Shown here one piece after another: positions 49,810 through 63,012 of a stretch of 64,000 bases of DNA; within the stretch, counting starts at the first letter, position 1; each line of letters opens with the position of its first letter. A program made the translations under genes and the position numbers. This DNA comes from Lama guanicoe (Eukaryota). The stretch lies in NCBI GenBank assembly GCA_013239625.1, contig MU053379.1, forward strand, positions 1,170,974-1,234,973, given 5' to 3'. Under the pieces are notes generated by a model that did no database searches, was not told where the DNA came from, and saw only the letters and a list, made by a program, of their open reading frames with translations.

Positions 49810-51650
49810 GCCCCAAACATCTTTCTGTAAGCATAATAGGCATCTAACCACAGAGCCTCCAAACGCACAAGCAAAACTGACGGGACTGAAGGAGAAATAA
49901 TTCCGCAGTGACCACTGGGGGTGTCCATCCTCTGCTTTCAGTAGTGGGTAAGACAATCAGCAGGGAAGCAGGAAACTGAGCACCATGGCAGCCCAGCCAG
50001 ACCCAGCAGGCCCTATAGCTTCACAGAGCACAACACACAGCGAGATCCATGTTGCTCAGGTGCACGTGGAGCATCCTCCAGGCAGACCATTCCTGGACCA
50101 TGACAGGCTGGACAGAGGTGACAGCAGTGGGAGTGTGCTCTCCAACCACAGTGGAACGAAGCCAGGAAGCTCTCGCAGAGGGACAGTGGAAAAGTCACGG
50201 ATCTGTGGAAATTAAACAGCACACTCTTATATAACCAATGGATCAAAGGAGAAATCACAAAGAAAGTTAGGAAGTACTTTGGAATGAATGAAATGGAAAC
50301 ATACCAAGATGTATGGGAAATCATGAAAGCAGCACTCAGGGGAACGTTACAGCCACAAATGCGTACATTTAAGAAGATCTCATCAACAAACATCCACTTT
50401 AAGAAACTAGAAAAGAAGAATTAAACTACAGTCCTATTTGAGTTTATTTTTGTGTATGGTGTAAGGGAGCTTCATTGATTTACATGCTGCTGTCCAGGTT
50501 TCCCAACACCATTTGCTGGAGAGACTGTCTTTATTCTATTGTATATTCTTGCCTCCTTTGTGGAAGATTAGTTGACCAAAATTTTGTGGGTTCATTTCTA
50601 GGCTCTCTATTCTGTTCCATTGGTCCATATGTCTCAAAACTAGCAGAAGGGAGGAAATGGGGATTAGAATGGAGAAAAATGAAAGTCAGAATAGAAAACA
50701 ATAGACTCACCTCAAAGAAAACTTAAAATAGGCTTACCTTATGACCCAGCAATCCCACTCCTGGCCATATATCCAGAGGGAACTCTAATTTGAAAAGACA
50801 CATGCACCCCAGTGTTCATAGCAGCACTATTTACAATAGCCAAGACATGGAAACAACCTAAATGCCCACCGACAGATGACTGGATAAAGAAGTTGTGGTG
50901 GAATACTACTTAGCTGTGAAAAAGAATAAAATAATGCCATTTGCAGTAACATAGATGGACCTAGAGATCATCATTCTAAGTGAAGCCAGAATGAGAAAGA
51001 AATATATGATACCACTCATATGTGAAATCTTAAAAAAAAAAGGCACAAATGAACTTAATTATAAAACAGAGACAGACTCAGAGACATAGAAAACATACTT
51101 ATGGTTACCAGGGAGAAAGACGGAAGGAAGGGATAAATTGGGAGTTTGAGATTTGCAGATACACATTAGTATGTATAAAATAGGTGAACAACAAGGTCCT
51201 TCTGTACAGCACAGGGAACTGTATTCAATACCTTGTAGTAACATATAATGAAAAAGAACATGAAAACGAATACATGTATGTATATATATGACTGAACTAT
51301 TATGCTGTAAATCAGTAATTGACACAAAATTGTAAACTGACTATATACTTCAATTAAAAAAAAATAGAATCAGTGAATCCAAAAGTTTGTTCTTTGAGAA
51401 GTTTGACAAAATTGACAAACCTTGAGGGAAGCTAAGAAGAAAGATGGCAATAATATCAGAAATTCAAGTGAGGACATTGTTACTGACCTGACAAAAATAA
51501 AAGGGAATGTAAGGAAATACTTGAACAACTGTATGTTATTCAGCAAATTAGATACCTAGACTCAATGTTCAAACTCCTAGAAAATGATGACCTATTGACT
51601 CAAGAGGAAACAGAAAATCTGAACAAGTAAAGAGATAGAATTAAAAATTT
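49810..51650 (+). mobile_element. Old L1 ORF2 with a nested antisense L1 piece (50430-50632) and a younger L1 3' end (about 50710-51362)
   Basis: aaccaatggatcaaaggagaaatcacaa; the 3' insert is flanked by aatagactca/aatagaatca and ends tatacttcaattaaaaaaaa. Confidence 0.8.
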
Positions 51651-54600
51651 TTAAAGTCTAGTATGAATGTACAGATGTCAGAGGCCCAGAGATGAAGCAC
51701 AGGGCCCTCTGGGCCACCGGCGTCCACCAGGATCGGATGACAGTAAGGAAGTCAGCCTTGCCCTGGGGGAAGGAAGTTAAATCCCTTCGCACACTCAGGA
51801 GGCCCGAATCGGGGATGACCACTACCTCCCTGCTCCACATCCATGCTCCTTAGAGCAAAGCCTGGGAGATGATGAGGCCTGCACTCAGGCCCAGCATCAC
51901 TGCGCACAGGAGGAAGTGCCTGCACTTACGAATCCTGCCACCAGTCACCAGCCACTTATGAATATGGACCACACGCAAAGGCCCGCCGGCCCCCGAACAA
52001 CAGCCGTGATGCTCCACACAACAGACGGGTGCGTGAGCCCGTCACCACGCCCAGCGGCCAGGTCCACATGTATTTGATTATGTCCATGTGGTTTAAGAGA
52101 AGAGAGAGCTTTCCCGGTGTTCCCTTGGGGAACAGATGGATGCGGGAGAGCCCCAGGAATGAAACTTCTTTACACCGTCCGCATTTACTCTTGGATGTAG
52201 ATTCCTGCACTGTGGGAAAATGTACATAGGTTTTCTGTTAAAGAGAGTGAGTTTATATGTACATGAGGTCAGCATGCCGGTTCAAATTCATATTCCCTAA
52301 ATCAACAAGGCGGTCTCTCCATGAAACGTGGTTATAGGTCCTCACTGAGAAAGACTAATTGCCTTAATTTATCCCTTTCTGTATTTATTAAGGTGAATAC
52401 CAAACACTGCCTTCAGGGGTTGGGGAAGTGGGGGGAGGGGGTAACACAGAAATGTAGGCAGGAGAGGAAGGAGGGGTGGGGAGGAGGATGCTGGGCAGTG
52501 AAAGCGAAGGGGAGGGGGAGAGAGAGCTGGAGTAAGAGATGAGGAGGGAGTCTCAGGGGAGGAGGAAGCAAAGCAGAGTCCGACACACTCAGCCCGTTCC
52601 ACAAAGGCGTCTCTTAGGCCCTATCGAAATGGAAACGTGTTTGACTGGGTTTTCATTCCAATCAAAAGCTTGGCCAAAAAAACCCCAAACAAAAAGGCAT
52701 ATTTTAAGAAATACGTCAATTCTAGGCTTCCTTTATCGTTAGCCAATCCATGTATTTAAGAAACACACCTGTCTGCCCAGCCCAAGGTCACCCCCCAGCC
52801 AGGGAAGCCCGCCACATGCAGATTCCCCTCCCAGCTCACCGAGGAAAGGGTCTTCACCAGAGGGGCATTAGCCCGCCGCTGCCCCCCACCCCCAAGTCCC
52901 CTCCTCCTTTCCTGGGATAAAACCACCAGTGCTTTGTGGTGTCCAGTCCTTCCCTAGAAAGGAGCAGAGACTGCTCAGTTCCGTGCACGATTAAAGCCTG
53001 AGAGTGTCTGCGCCCTGTGTCTACCACTTCCAGGTCCAACGGAGGAGGGAGGAGCAGAGTAAGGAGATTTTTTGCCCCTGTTTTTGATGTATCGGGAGCC
53101 CTCAAGCGATCGTGAATGTAGGCGAGGGACTGGAGTGTCAGAAGAAACTAAGTCTCATCAATTTTGCAGTTGGCCAGGGACGAGCGGGAGCCTGGGTCTG
53201 AGGCATTTGTCAATAGGCAATGGGAAAAAATGCAACTGGAGTGAGTTCTTGGGTCTCCTTGCAGAAGTAAATTCAAAAGAAAAAATGAAAACTGATGTTT
53301 GGGACACACTCCAACAAGAGACTTGTTACCTTCATGGCCCCGAGGTCAGGATGCCTGAAGTCCTGGCTCCAGTTAGGAAAGCCACCATCACTGGATCACG
53401 CCAGAGAGAGTCCCACTGTCCACAGAAGGCAGAGTCAGGCTGGAGAGTTTGTGTTCCTGGCATCGCTGCCACGTCAAACTCAGGAGGCAGTGACCTCTCA
53501 GTGTATTGTTACATCAGTCAGAAGGTTCTGGAACACCATGGGCACAGTCACCTGGACACCAACCCCAGCGGACACCATTTTAAGTAAAACTATTCTAAGT
53601 TACAGATGGCTTAAAGGATCTCAGTTTGCATAAAGGATCTCAGTTTGCAAAGTCCTTGAGCATGTTTTCTACCCAATATCCTTATGTCACTTTTGGCTCC
53701 TCAGTTGAACAGTTTTGAGAAAAAGCTTATTAAGAACAATGATCTGAGTTGATCCTCGGGCATCTCGAGTGCTACCGGCTGAGACAGAAAAAGCCGCAGG
53801 ACCAGCACTGCCCCCGCCGCCCCACCAGGGACACAGCACAGCCGAGTGAGCCACATCGTAGCCGGTTTCGCTCCAAGATCTCCCAAGGGCTCGGAACAGT
53901 TTGGTTTAACTGCAGAAAAACTGAAAATATAGCTGTACAGTTTTCGCCATAATGAATGCACCCCCGACTTAGATGCAGGACTTGCACTGCCCCAACAGGG
54001 CGAAATCCGGCAGCAGGTCAGGAGCTGTGCTCGCCCAGCAGCCTCCCGAGCCGCCTCCCTGGGTGGGAAGTCATGCACTTGCTCGTACGAGGCTGCGATG
54101 TTTGGGGCTGGGGATGTAACTGAGACAAAAAACAACAAACAATAAAACCATTAAACAATAAGATCCCGTGGTGCTGTTTGCTCTGTTCCCTGGAGGATGG
54201 AGGAACACGGGAGCATCAATCAGACTGGATGGGCTACCATCTAACCAGGTCACCCAGACGGCACAGAGGTGACAAGCACGTGTGTACTGTGCACTTCAAC
54301 CCAGGGGAAGCCAAGGTGCGGTTTCAGAACTCTGAGATGGGACGTGTGGGAAACGCAGGATGTGGCTCGAGGGAGAAACGTCAGCTTTTGTCAGAGAGAG
54401 GCTTTCCATCGAGCAAGTCGTCTAGCAGTTGGGAGAACCCCCCCCCACCCAATTCCCACTAAAGAGAGAAGACATTGGAAGACGTGCAATATCAGACAGT
54501 TGAGAGGCTGAAGGTTGAGAGGTTGAAGGTGCCTAGACCTGGCTGTGGTTTTAATTCGGTGTCCTTCCCCCTGGGGGGCCTTCATGACCCACTGGGCAGA

Positions 54601-55479
54601 GGACGAAGCAGCTGATATGTGTGCACCTTAAATTCTCCGCGTCCAGCATCCTCTCTCCAAACGGCAAATGCTCACGCTTTCTATCTCCAGAGGGCAGGCA
54701 CACACAAAATGCTCACTCGGCACCTTCGGACTGGGTAACTTCACTCTCCTTGTGAAAGCTAATCCTGATCTTCAGGAATCTTAAGGAGAGAGGGGGGAGA
54801 AGCAGGTGTTCTTTCACAGCAGGTAACACATTTCTTGGTATATGGAGCAAAAAAGTCAGGATGTTTTTTTAAACAAGGAAATAAATTTCAGTGTGTTAGT
54901 GAACAAAAGTATTTATGTAAAATAGTCTTACACGCAGAGAGACGTTTAGACAACTGTATCTCTGGATGGTACAATTCTTCCCTCTTCATTTGAATTTTCG
55001 ACATTGTTTTAATTTCTTACAATAAACATGTAATGGTTTGCAAAAACAATAAATTATCTCAGTAAGAGATTTAGTAAGATTAAGAGACTTAATAAATCAT
55101 TTAGTCTGTCAAAATTTGATGAAGCCTAAATATCGACCTCAATTATAATGTGTCTAAGCGACAAAACATACTGCAGCACAACCCGTCTTATAGCAATACA
55201 TAAGCCCACATAACCAGGATATTACTTGAAATTTAAAATATCTTGAAAAATGTTTAGGCTGTAGAAGAGTTGATACCCAAATATTTTCTAGTCTACTGAC
55301 ACACTACAACCTTTATCTACAACCTTGTTTCAGAACTAGCCGATAGAAAGATACATGTTTTTCAAACTTCACAGCTAGACCTCCCCTGCTGCAAAGCCTG
55401 AAATTTGGCTAGAAAATTCCTTTGTCCAAACCCCAAAGCTGCAGTGAATTTTCTCAACAGCTATTTGCTGAGAACCTTC

Positions 55480-55919
55480 TGTTACCGAACCAGGCTGGTC
55501 TTGCCCGACGTGCAGCAGGTCAAAAGCGAGAGACGCTGGGGTTTGCAGCAAAGAGACTGGCGAAGAGGTGGGAAACAAACCTCAAGTCCGCTTCCCCAGG
55601 GCAAGGGGCGGGGTGTTTATGGATAATGAATCAAGCGGCAGGGCGATGTGAGGCGTGTGGAGTGTGGGGAGCGGGGGAAAGGCTCTGATCAGCTGTAACT
55701 CAGCTACAGGGCTCTTCAAAAGGTCACTCAGCTGCCAGGGTGGTGGGCGGTGGCCCCATCCAGACTTGACTCAAACCAGACTCCAAGTTTCTGGAAAACA
55801 GCTCCGGCAAGCATCCTATTGTTGAGGCTCCGTGCTGCTTGGACGTGCAAGTCTTAAAACCACCCTGATGGGTGACGGCAGGTGAAATGGATGTGACTAA
55901 TGGGTCACCCACAGTTTCA
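55480..55919 (-). mobile_element. ERV1-type solo LTR
   Basis: TGTTACCGAACC...CAGTTTCA termini with 4-bp TSD cttc/cctc. Confidence 0.65.
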
Positions 55920-57084
55920 CCTCATGCCAGAAACTGGATTAGGCGCCAGAATTCAGTGCCTACAGATGTTTAGTCTTTCGGGGGACGGGCAGGTGAGCAG
56001 GGCGGTACCAGATGGACTGGTCACCTCTGCGGGAGGCGGAGGGCGAGGCAGAGGTGGCCGGGGCAGGCGGTGGAGGAGCAGGGGGGCAGCCACACCCGCC
56101 CGGCCCATGGCTGAGAGAGGCCAGGTAGACTTTTCCGACACAGGTACGATCTTAGGAGCAGAACAAGAGAAGAGGCTGGAGTGATGGCCATGGCCTCTGA
56201 TCCCAGAGTCCCCAGCCAACTGGGAAGGGTGTTTGGATTTCTCATGAGGACAGCTGTGGGCCGCGTGGTGAAGGGCAGGACCTGGGCAGGATGGGAGGAA
56301 AGAGGCTGAGCGACGCACGGGGAGGAGAGGCCTGAGCAAGGGGAGGGTCGGGACCCCGAGCAGGTGTCATCCCAGCCGGGCGGCTGAGGGTGTTTCGGGC
56401 ACAGGGGCAGTGGGAGGCCCAAGGCGGGATGTGCCGGTGACCCCAGGCAGGATGTGCAGGTTGCTGAGCAAAGTGATCAGGAAGCCCATCAGCGTCCAAC
56501 CAAAGGCTCCAGCAAAGAGGAGACACAGGAGTGAAGATGGCGAAGTCACCAGTTGGCACACCGTCCCCCCCCGAGAGGACAGGCGCTCTGAGTGCCGGTC
56601 CGCATGCAGAGGAGGAAGTTACAGAACACAGTGACTCTCGGGTGCCAGCATCCTGAGGTGACAGGATTTTGCACTTGAGTAATAACCTGAGCAAGGAAGG
56701 GACTCGGGTTGTTTGGAAGCCCGGAGCGCAGAGATGCCACTGCCACTGCCACTGGAGGCACTGGCTCCCCCGGGGACAGTGAACCCCGTATGGGCAGGGG
56801 TGTTTGCAGAGATGGGAGGCAGGAGGAACCAGGTGTCTCCAGGCCCAACAGGCAGGAGGGGCCGAAGGGGGACAGACCAACTGCAGTCCGAGGCACACGA
56901 GCCGGGTAGCCAGCAGGGAGGGCAGAGTCCTCTCCCCAGCAGGGGTTTATGTCTTAAGAAAGGGTTCATGCCCCGCCTCCCTCCCCAGGAAGGTCTCCCT
57001 GCAGAGCCCACGGGCGAAAGCGTGTGCGGAGACCCACGGATGGTGTCAAGCCCCGCCTGAGGGCAGCAGGAGATGGGCACCGGC

Positions 57085-57319
57085 TCAGTGGTCGGGCAGA
57101 GACTGTGAATTCTCCTTCCCCCATTTTTTTGTTCTTCTCAGGCCTTCAACAGATTGGCTGAGGCCCACCCGCACTGGGGAATTATGTCTGAATCGTCCAC
57201 CAATTCAAATGCTAATCTCATCCAGACACACCCTCACAGACACACTCAGAAATAAAGTCTAACCAAGTATCTGGGCACCCTGTGATCCAGGCAAGGTGAC
57301 ACAGAAAATTAACCATCAC
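57085..57319 (-). mobile_element. MLT2 (ERVL) LTR fragment
   Basis: ggccttcaacagattggctgaggcccaccc...caccctcacagacacac...aaattaaccatcaca. Confidence 0.8.
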
Positions 57320-58274
57320 AAGCAGCTTCCCCAAAGAAGGGTGTGGTGGGGGCGCGCGGGGGGGGGGGCGCAGGGAGAGCTGAGACGGGGCAACGGGAAG
57401 CCACGTGCGAGCTACATTTCTCTGTAGAAGGTAGAGTCCCAGCCAATATGCTGAGATTTTGCCTAACTCCCAGCCCACGTGTGAGGTGTGCAAATAGAAG
57501 CCCGGGGCAGGCAGGGCCAACAGGAGGTGGGTGGGGCTTGGCTGGAATCAAAGCCTGGGGTTGCCCCTCTTGGTGAGAAGTAAGTGAGGGGTCCTGGGGG
57601 TGGGGCAGTGGCCTGACGCAGATGTGAACTTCAGACCCCTCTGGCCTTCCTCAAAAGACTCGTTAGAACGGTGGGGAGGGGGAAGGAACACGGCTTCGCC
57701 CGAGTGGAAATGTGTTCTACCCCCTCCTCATCTGCAGCGGGCGAGGGGCTTGCTCACTATGGGCGAGCTTCACTTTCAGATGTCAGAGTGGTGGGCAAAC
57801 GCGAGGGCAGCCATCAAGTCTGAACATAAACACAGGAAAGGGAGACCCTTCCTCCCCAAAAGTTACAGCATATTAATTCCTCACAGAAAGGGGGAAGGAG
57901 CCAGAGGGAAGGGAGGTCCCGGGGGTGGGGGAGGTGCCCCCAGCCTGATGGGACACCCCCCTTAAGAAGCTGTCCCAAATGGGACAGGCCTGGACACAGC
58001 ATTTAAAAACTCTTCACACCCCATTTTATCAAAGCCAAAGAGAAAAAAATTTCCTCCTCCCAAACCTAAATATATATGAACCAAAAAACCTAATTTTGGC
58101 AACGGCAACTGCCAAAAATTATATGCAAAAAAGAAAGTTATAGCCCTATACAACGAATGAAAAAACTGCACGTGTGTGTTACCGATTTTGTTCAAGTGGG
58201 GAGGGGAGGGGAAAGAAGTCAACAAGCAATGACGCTGATGGGGGCTGGGAAGGTCTGTTTGTGGGCCCCGCCCC

Positions 58275-58770
58275 CGTTATTCAATCATACACTAGCATAG
58301 GTGTTGCTGGGAAGGTACCTTGCAGCTGTGGTTACAGTTTATAATCAGCTGCGTTAAGAAAGGGAGATTGCCTTCCGGGGGCTGGGTTGGCCTGATTCAA
58401 TCAGTTGAAAGGCCTTCAGTGCAGAACTGAGACTTCCCTGGAGAAGACCTTCCGCTGGTGGGAGGCGGCTTCGGCCTGAGCCTGAGCAGACGTGCCGGCC
58501 TGCGCTTCCTGACGCCTGCCCCGAGGACTTGGGACTTGCCCTTCCCGGCAGCTCTCAGCTGGTGGCCAAGGCGCGGAGGGACACAGGAGGCAGCCGCCTT
58601 CCCAGCGTCCACCCGGGGGTGGCTGGGGCTTCGTTGGGGCCGCGTGGTGCCAACTTCTCGCTCTGCGCAGTCCCGCTTCTTCCTTTCGCAAGCGCTGATC
58701 CTCAACAAACACGCACCCTCTTGTGTGCAAACGGTCTCAGTATCTGCTTCTGGAGCGCCCGGCCCAGAGC
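58275..58770 (+). mobile_element. MLT2 (ERVL) LTR
   Basis: taggtgttgctgggaaggta...ggcctgattcaatcagttgaaaggcctt...tctgcttctgga. Confidence 0.65.
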
Positions 58771-60038
58771 GGCTCCACGTGAAGGGCCCTGGGGTCTCCC
58801 GTAGAACGCCTGTGACCACAGGGAGGGAGACGTGTCCCCACTCGTGCGCACATCACGCCCCCTTCTTCCCCACCACAGCCCTGCGGAGCCACCATCAGCC
58901 CCCTCCCTCCCGCAGCCGCACACCGTCCACTCCCTCAGTAAGCCCCTCACTTGTTACCACTTACTTATCAAGCCCCAGCATGCTTAGGAAGAGAAAAATA
59001 AGGCTTCATGAAGGACAAGAAAAAACTGATTTTTAAAACCAGAAAGGCCTGCCTTAAAACATAGGTTTAGTTTTAATTTTCCTCGAAATCTCTAGTTCAG
59101 GGTTTCATCAAGAAAGTTCCTGGATTTGAACCTGTGTTCCTGCATCTTAACTATTAAGCTACCTGCTCACTTTTTAAATGAGGCTTGACTCTGAAGGAGT
59201 GAAATGCAAGGGCAGTTCACCTGGCCGGGCAGTGGGCTTTGGCGAGAGAGAGGCACCCAGTGTGGAATGTCGGGGAGGGGGCAGGACGGCCCCCAGGAAG
59301 TACGGAAAACCCGAGGAACGCGGTTCCTGCCCGCGGGGTGAGAAAGCTCTGCCCAGGAGCCCCAGGGGGTGTTCTGGGGCCCACGGGCCGTGGGGACCTC
59401 CCTGCTCCCAAGGTCTGGGTAAACGGCCCTGAAGCTGTACCCTCCTCCCAGCTGTTGATTCCGGATCCCGTGGGATGCGAGCCATAGTATCGTCCAGTGC
59501 TCTGAACCCCCTCCCGGGGGGGGTGGCCATCACTGCACTTCCACCACCCGAGTCTCGAACCTTGTGTACTTCTTCTCGTGGCCAATCTGGAACTAAGCCT
59601 CCAAGGAAGAAAACCCTGGGAAAGGTCTTCCTGGCTAAGCTAAATAGACATAGTGCAGACCACCAAACCACGTGATCACACCCCACGGGTCTCTCCAGAT
59701 ACCGGGTACCCTCGAAGGGCCCCCCTCACGCAGACTGCCAGGCTCTGACCTGGGAAGCCAGTGTCGGCGCCTCCACTCCCACTGGGGGCTCTGATCCGAC
59801 AGCGCCCGTCCTCCAGGCGGACGGTCACCCACCCGGGGGAAATCAAGTGCAGGCAGTGACGCCGGCAGCCACCCAGACAGAGTCCTACTTACTGTCCTAA
59901 ATCAGTGATTCTAAATTAATGAATATCCTGCCTACATACGTTAACAGAAACAATTCAGGGACTCAGCATCACCACTCAAAGGCCGAGATGACAATCCGAA
60001 AGAAAAAATGAGTCAAAATTACACATGCCTGCGGATGG

Positions 60039-60044
60039 TTTATT
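60039..60044 (-). terminator. DZANK1: DZANK1 candidate polyadenylation signal
   Basis: TTTATT on + (AATAAA on -) about 700 nt past the stop, followed on - by TGTGTAATTTTG and a U-rich tract. Confidence 0.6.
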
Positions 60045-60744
60045 CAAAGCTTATCTGGCAACAAAAGAAAAACCACAACAGTATGAATAGTGAAGAGCTC
60101 AACATGAGGAAAACAGTTTTTAATACACTCAACCTTCACAGACTAATTTGGAACCGCTTACAAGATATACTGAGCAAAGCACATGCAGAGCATCACGTGG
60201 TTTCCCACTGTCTGTCTTAAAAGAGGGGGGAGAATATATGTGCATCGCCTTACTTACGTTTTACATATACTTTGCACGAACACACACACAGATCACGTAC
60301 GCGTGCTTCTATAATCCTACTTCTATAATCCTTCTATAAGACGCAATTGACACTGATGTCACTGGCTGCCTCTGCAGAGGGACAGGGGACAGTGGGACAG
60401 GGACCAGAGGGAGACTCTTCACGACATAATACTTTATACTTTTTAGCGTAGCAGCATCTGCAACTATTATCTACTGAAAAATAAATTTAAATTAAAAAGC
60501 AAATTCTAAGACAAGCAGCAATAAACCACTGAAGACATACACTAAGTTCACCGCCATCCAGGGCATATGGGGAAATACTCATGTGGTATTAGGGGCTTAT
60601 ACTGTCATATAATTTTTTTTTAAATCTTCTGAGTGCCTCTCAACCTCAATTTCCAAATCTGAAGTACACATTTCAGAAAGAAACGAACAAAGAACAGCCA
60701 GGGCTGGCCGGTTGCTCTCAGTGACACCCACAGGGCCCTTGGGG

Positions 60745-61035
<291 letters not shown>

Positions 61036-62399
61036 CTAGAGGGGCTCTGTGATCTCACGTCCAACTCCAGTCCTGGCCACAGGGTCCCACAATCAAGTGG
61101 GTTCAAGGGGGCAACATTTTCATTGAGCTTTTACAAGGCCTCAGTGCCCTAGGAGCCATGGTGGGAGGGCGGCCCCCATTCGCTGGGCCAGCTGTTGAGG
61201 GGCCAGGACCCTCTGAAATCCTCACAGGTCAACAGAGAGCTCACTGTGGCCTCCGGAAGCGTCCCTCAGAGGCCAAGGAACGTACCCCAGCAAGGCAGCA
61301 ACGCACTCCCTTCCTGCCAGGCCAAGCAGAGTTGCTTCATGAAGAGCTGTATTTTGGAGCCTGTTTAGGGGGAAAAAACCATCCTGACTAAACCTTTGGT
61401 TAGCATCTTCAAGAAGATGGAGAGGGAGCAGGCGACCAAAGGGGCCTCGGTTTCATCCACTGACCTATTTAATTAACCTGGGAAAAATCTCTTGACTCTC
61501 CCCTCTCTGCTCCTTTCCTTAGAGGATTTGGAAGGTAAGCTTTGATGCCAGATAGAAAGTAAAAAGTCTATAAACATATTCATTTTTTTAAAGTAAGGAT
61601 CTGGTTTGTAGTCAGTTTATTAAATGTTAATAAATCCTATGTTAGTACATTTCCTACAAGAGCGTAAGGAACATACTGGACGCGATCTCACCCTTAACTT
61701 GGACCCCTCGGACACATCTATGGGACAATAACCTTTAGGGCTGAGGCTCCTCTTCTTGTGTAGGGACAATCACGTGGGCTTCAGTGAGTTTGGCTTTGTG
61801 ATATGAAAATAAACAGCAGTCTCAGAACCCAGAGGGCAGGACTGGGAGGTCAGAGAGCACATTTCACTGTGCGCCAGACTGTCTCTCCACCTTGCATGGT
61901 CAGCTCTGCCCCAGTGAGGCGCAGAGGATGGCTGAAACGGAGGCTGGAGTGGTCCCTGCGTTCTAGAACTCATGAAAGGCTCTGGATCAGAGGCGGCAGT
62001 GGTGATGGAAAGTGTGAGACAGGGCTGAGGACAGAAATGAGATGAGCAATTGAAGGTCTGCATTCTCCTGGCCCCTGATCCTTCCCTTGACACCACAGTC
62101 CAATCCCCTGCACCTGCAGATTTATTGCCTCCATAAATTCATCCCAATGGAGAAAAAGTATGGTGGCCTCTTTTCTGAAGAAGATAAATGGAGCCTCTGG
62201 TGAGAACCAGGCAGGCAGCTGGCACACTCAGAGGGAGGCCTTCCACTTGTCCCAGCCTGAAAGCAGCTCATCTTCCCACAAACCACCCCCAGCCAATAAG
62301 CTCCGGTCACATACACAGAATTCCAGCCTGTCTAACCACTGCCCATTCTCAAACATGGATGGAGAGCAAAGGGGCACACACATCTGAGAACTGCCTGCA

Positions 62400-63012
62400 G
62401 CGTCAAAGAGAAAAACCAGACATACAAAAGTAAGCAATTTAAAATGACTGAAGACAGTGTCAGACAAAAACAGAAGGCCATGAAGAACAATCAGAACAGA
62501 AAGGAGCTCTTAGAAAGTAAAAACACGATTGCTGAAATAAAAAGTATTCAGTGGGAGGGGCAAGAAAATCTCTTAAAACAGAAAAAAAAAGAGCTAAAAA
62601 ATATGGGGGAGAAAAGAAAAAAGAAAGGCACAGAGGAGATCGAGTCAAGAGTTCCACCATCCAACTACTAGGAATTCTGTCAAGAGAGAACAGAAAAAAT
62701 GGAAGGGAGAAAATATCAAAGAACTAATAGAAGAAATTGTCCCTGAGCTGAAGAAACACAGGACTTTTCAGACTGAAAGGGCCAAGTGGATGAATGAACA
62801 ACAGCATATCAAAAAAATACCCTGGTGAAATTTCAGAACATCAGGAGTAAATGCTTCCAGAAAGAACAAACAGGTCACAAATGAATAAGAACTTGTTGTA
62901 GAATTTTCATGGGCTATGCCGGATGCTAGAAATCATGAGAGCAAGGCTTACTAAGACTTGAGGAAAAATTATTTTGAACACAGAAATTAACATCAAAAGT
63001 ATTAGTCAATTG
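62400..63012 (+). mobile_element. Old L1 ORF1 remnant (DZANK1 last intron)
   Basis: A-rich; gaagaaattgtccctgagctgaag, tttcagactgaaagggcc, ggatgctagaa. Confidence 0.6.

Noticed and set aside
51956..52215. Minus-strand KSKCGRCKEVSFLG resembling a Gypsy RT motif, preceded by an acceptor-like tract
   Set aside because: The spacing differs from the KC-x5-EV-x-FLG pattern, there is no YxDD or other RT context, and it is too short to support a call.
55900..59830. Many 100-218 aa ORFs in the GC-rich intergenic region
   Set aside because: They overlap on both strands, are Pro/Gly/Arg-rich and low in complexity, partly lie inside MLT2 LTRs, and are expected from stop-codon scarcity at high GC.
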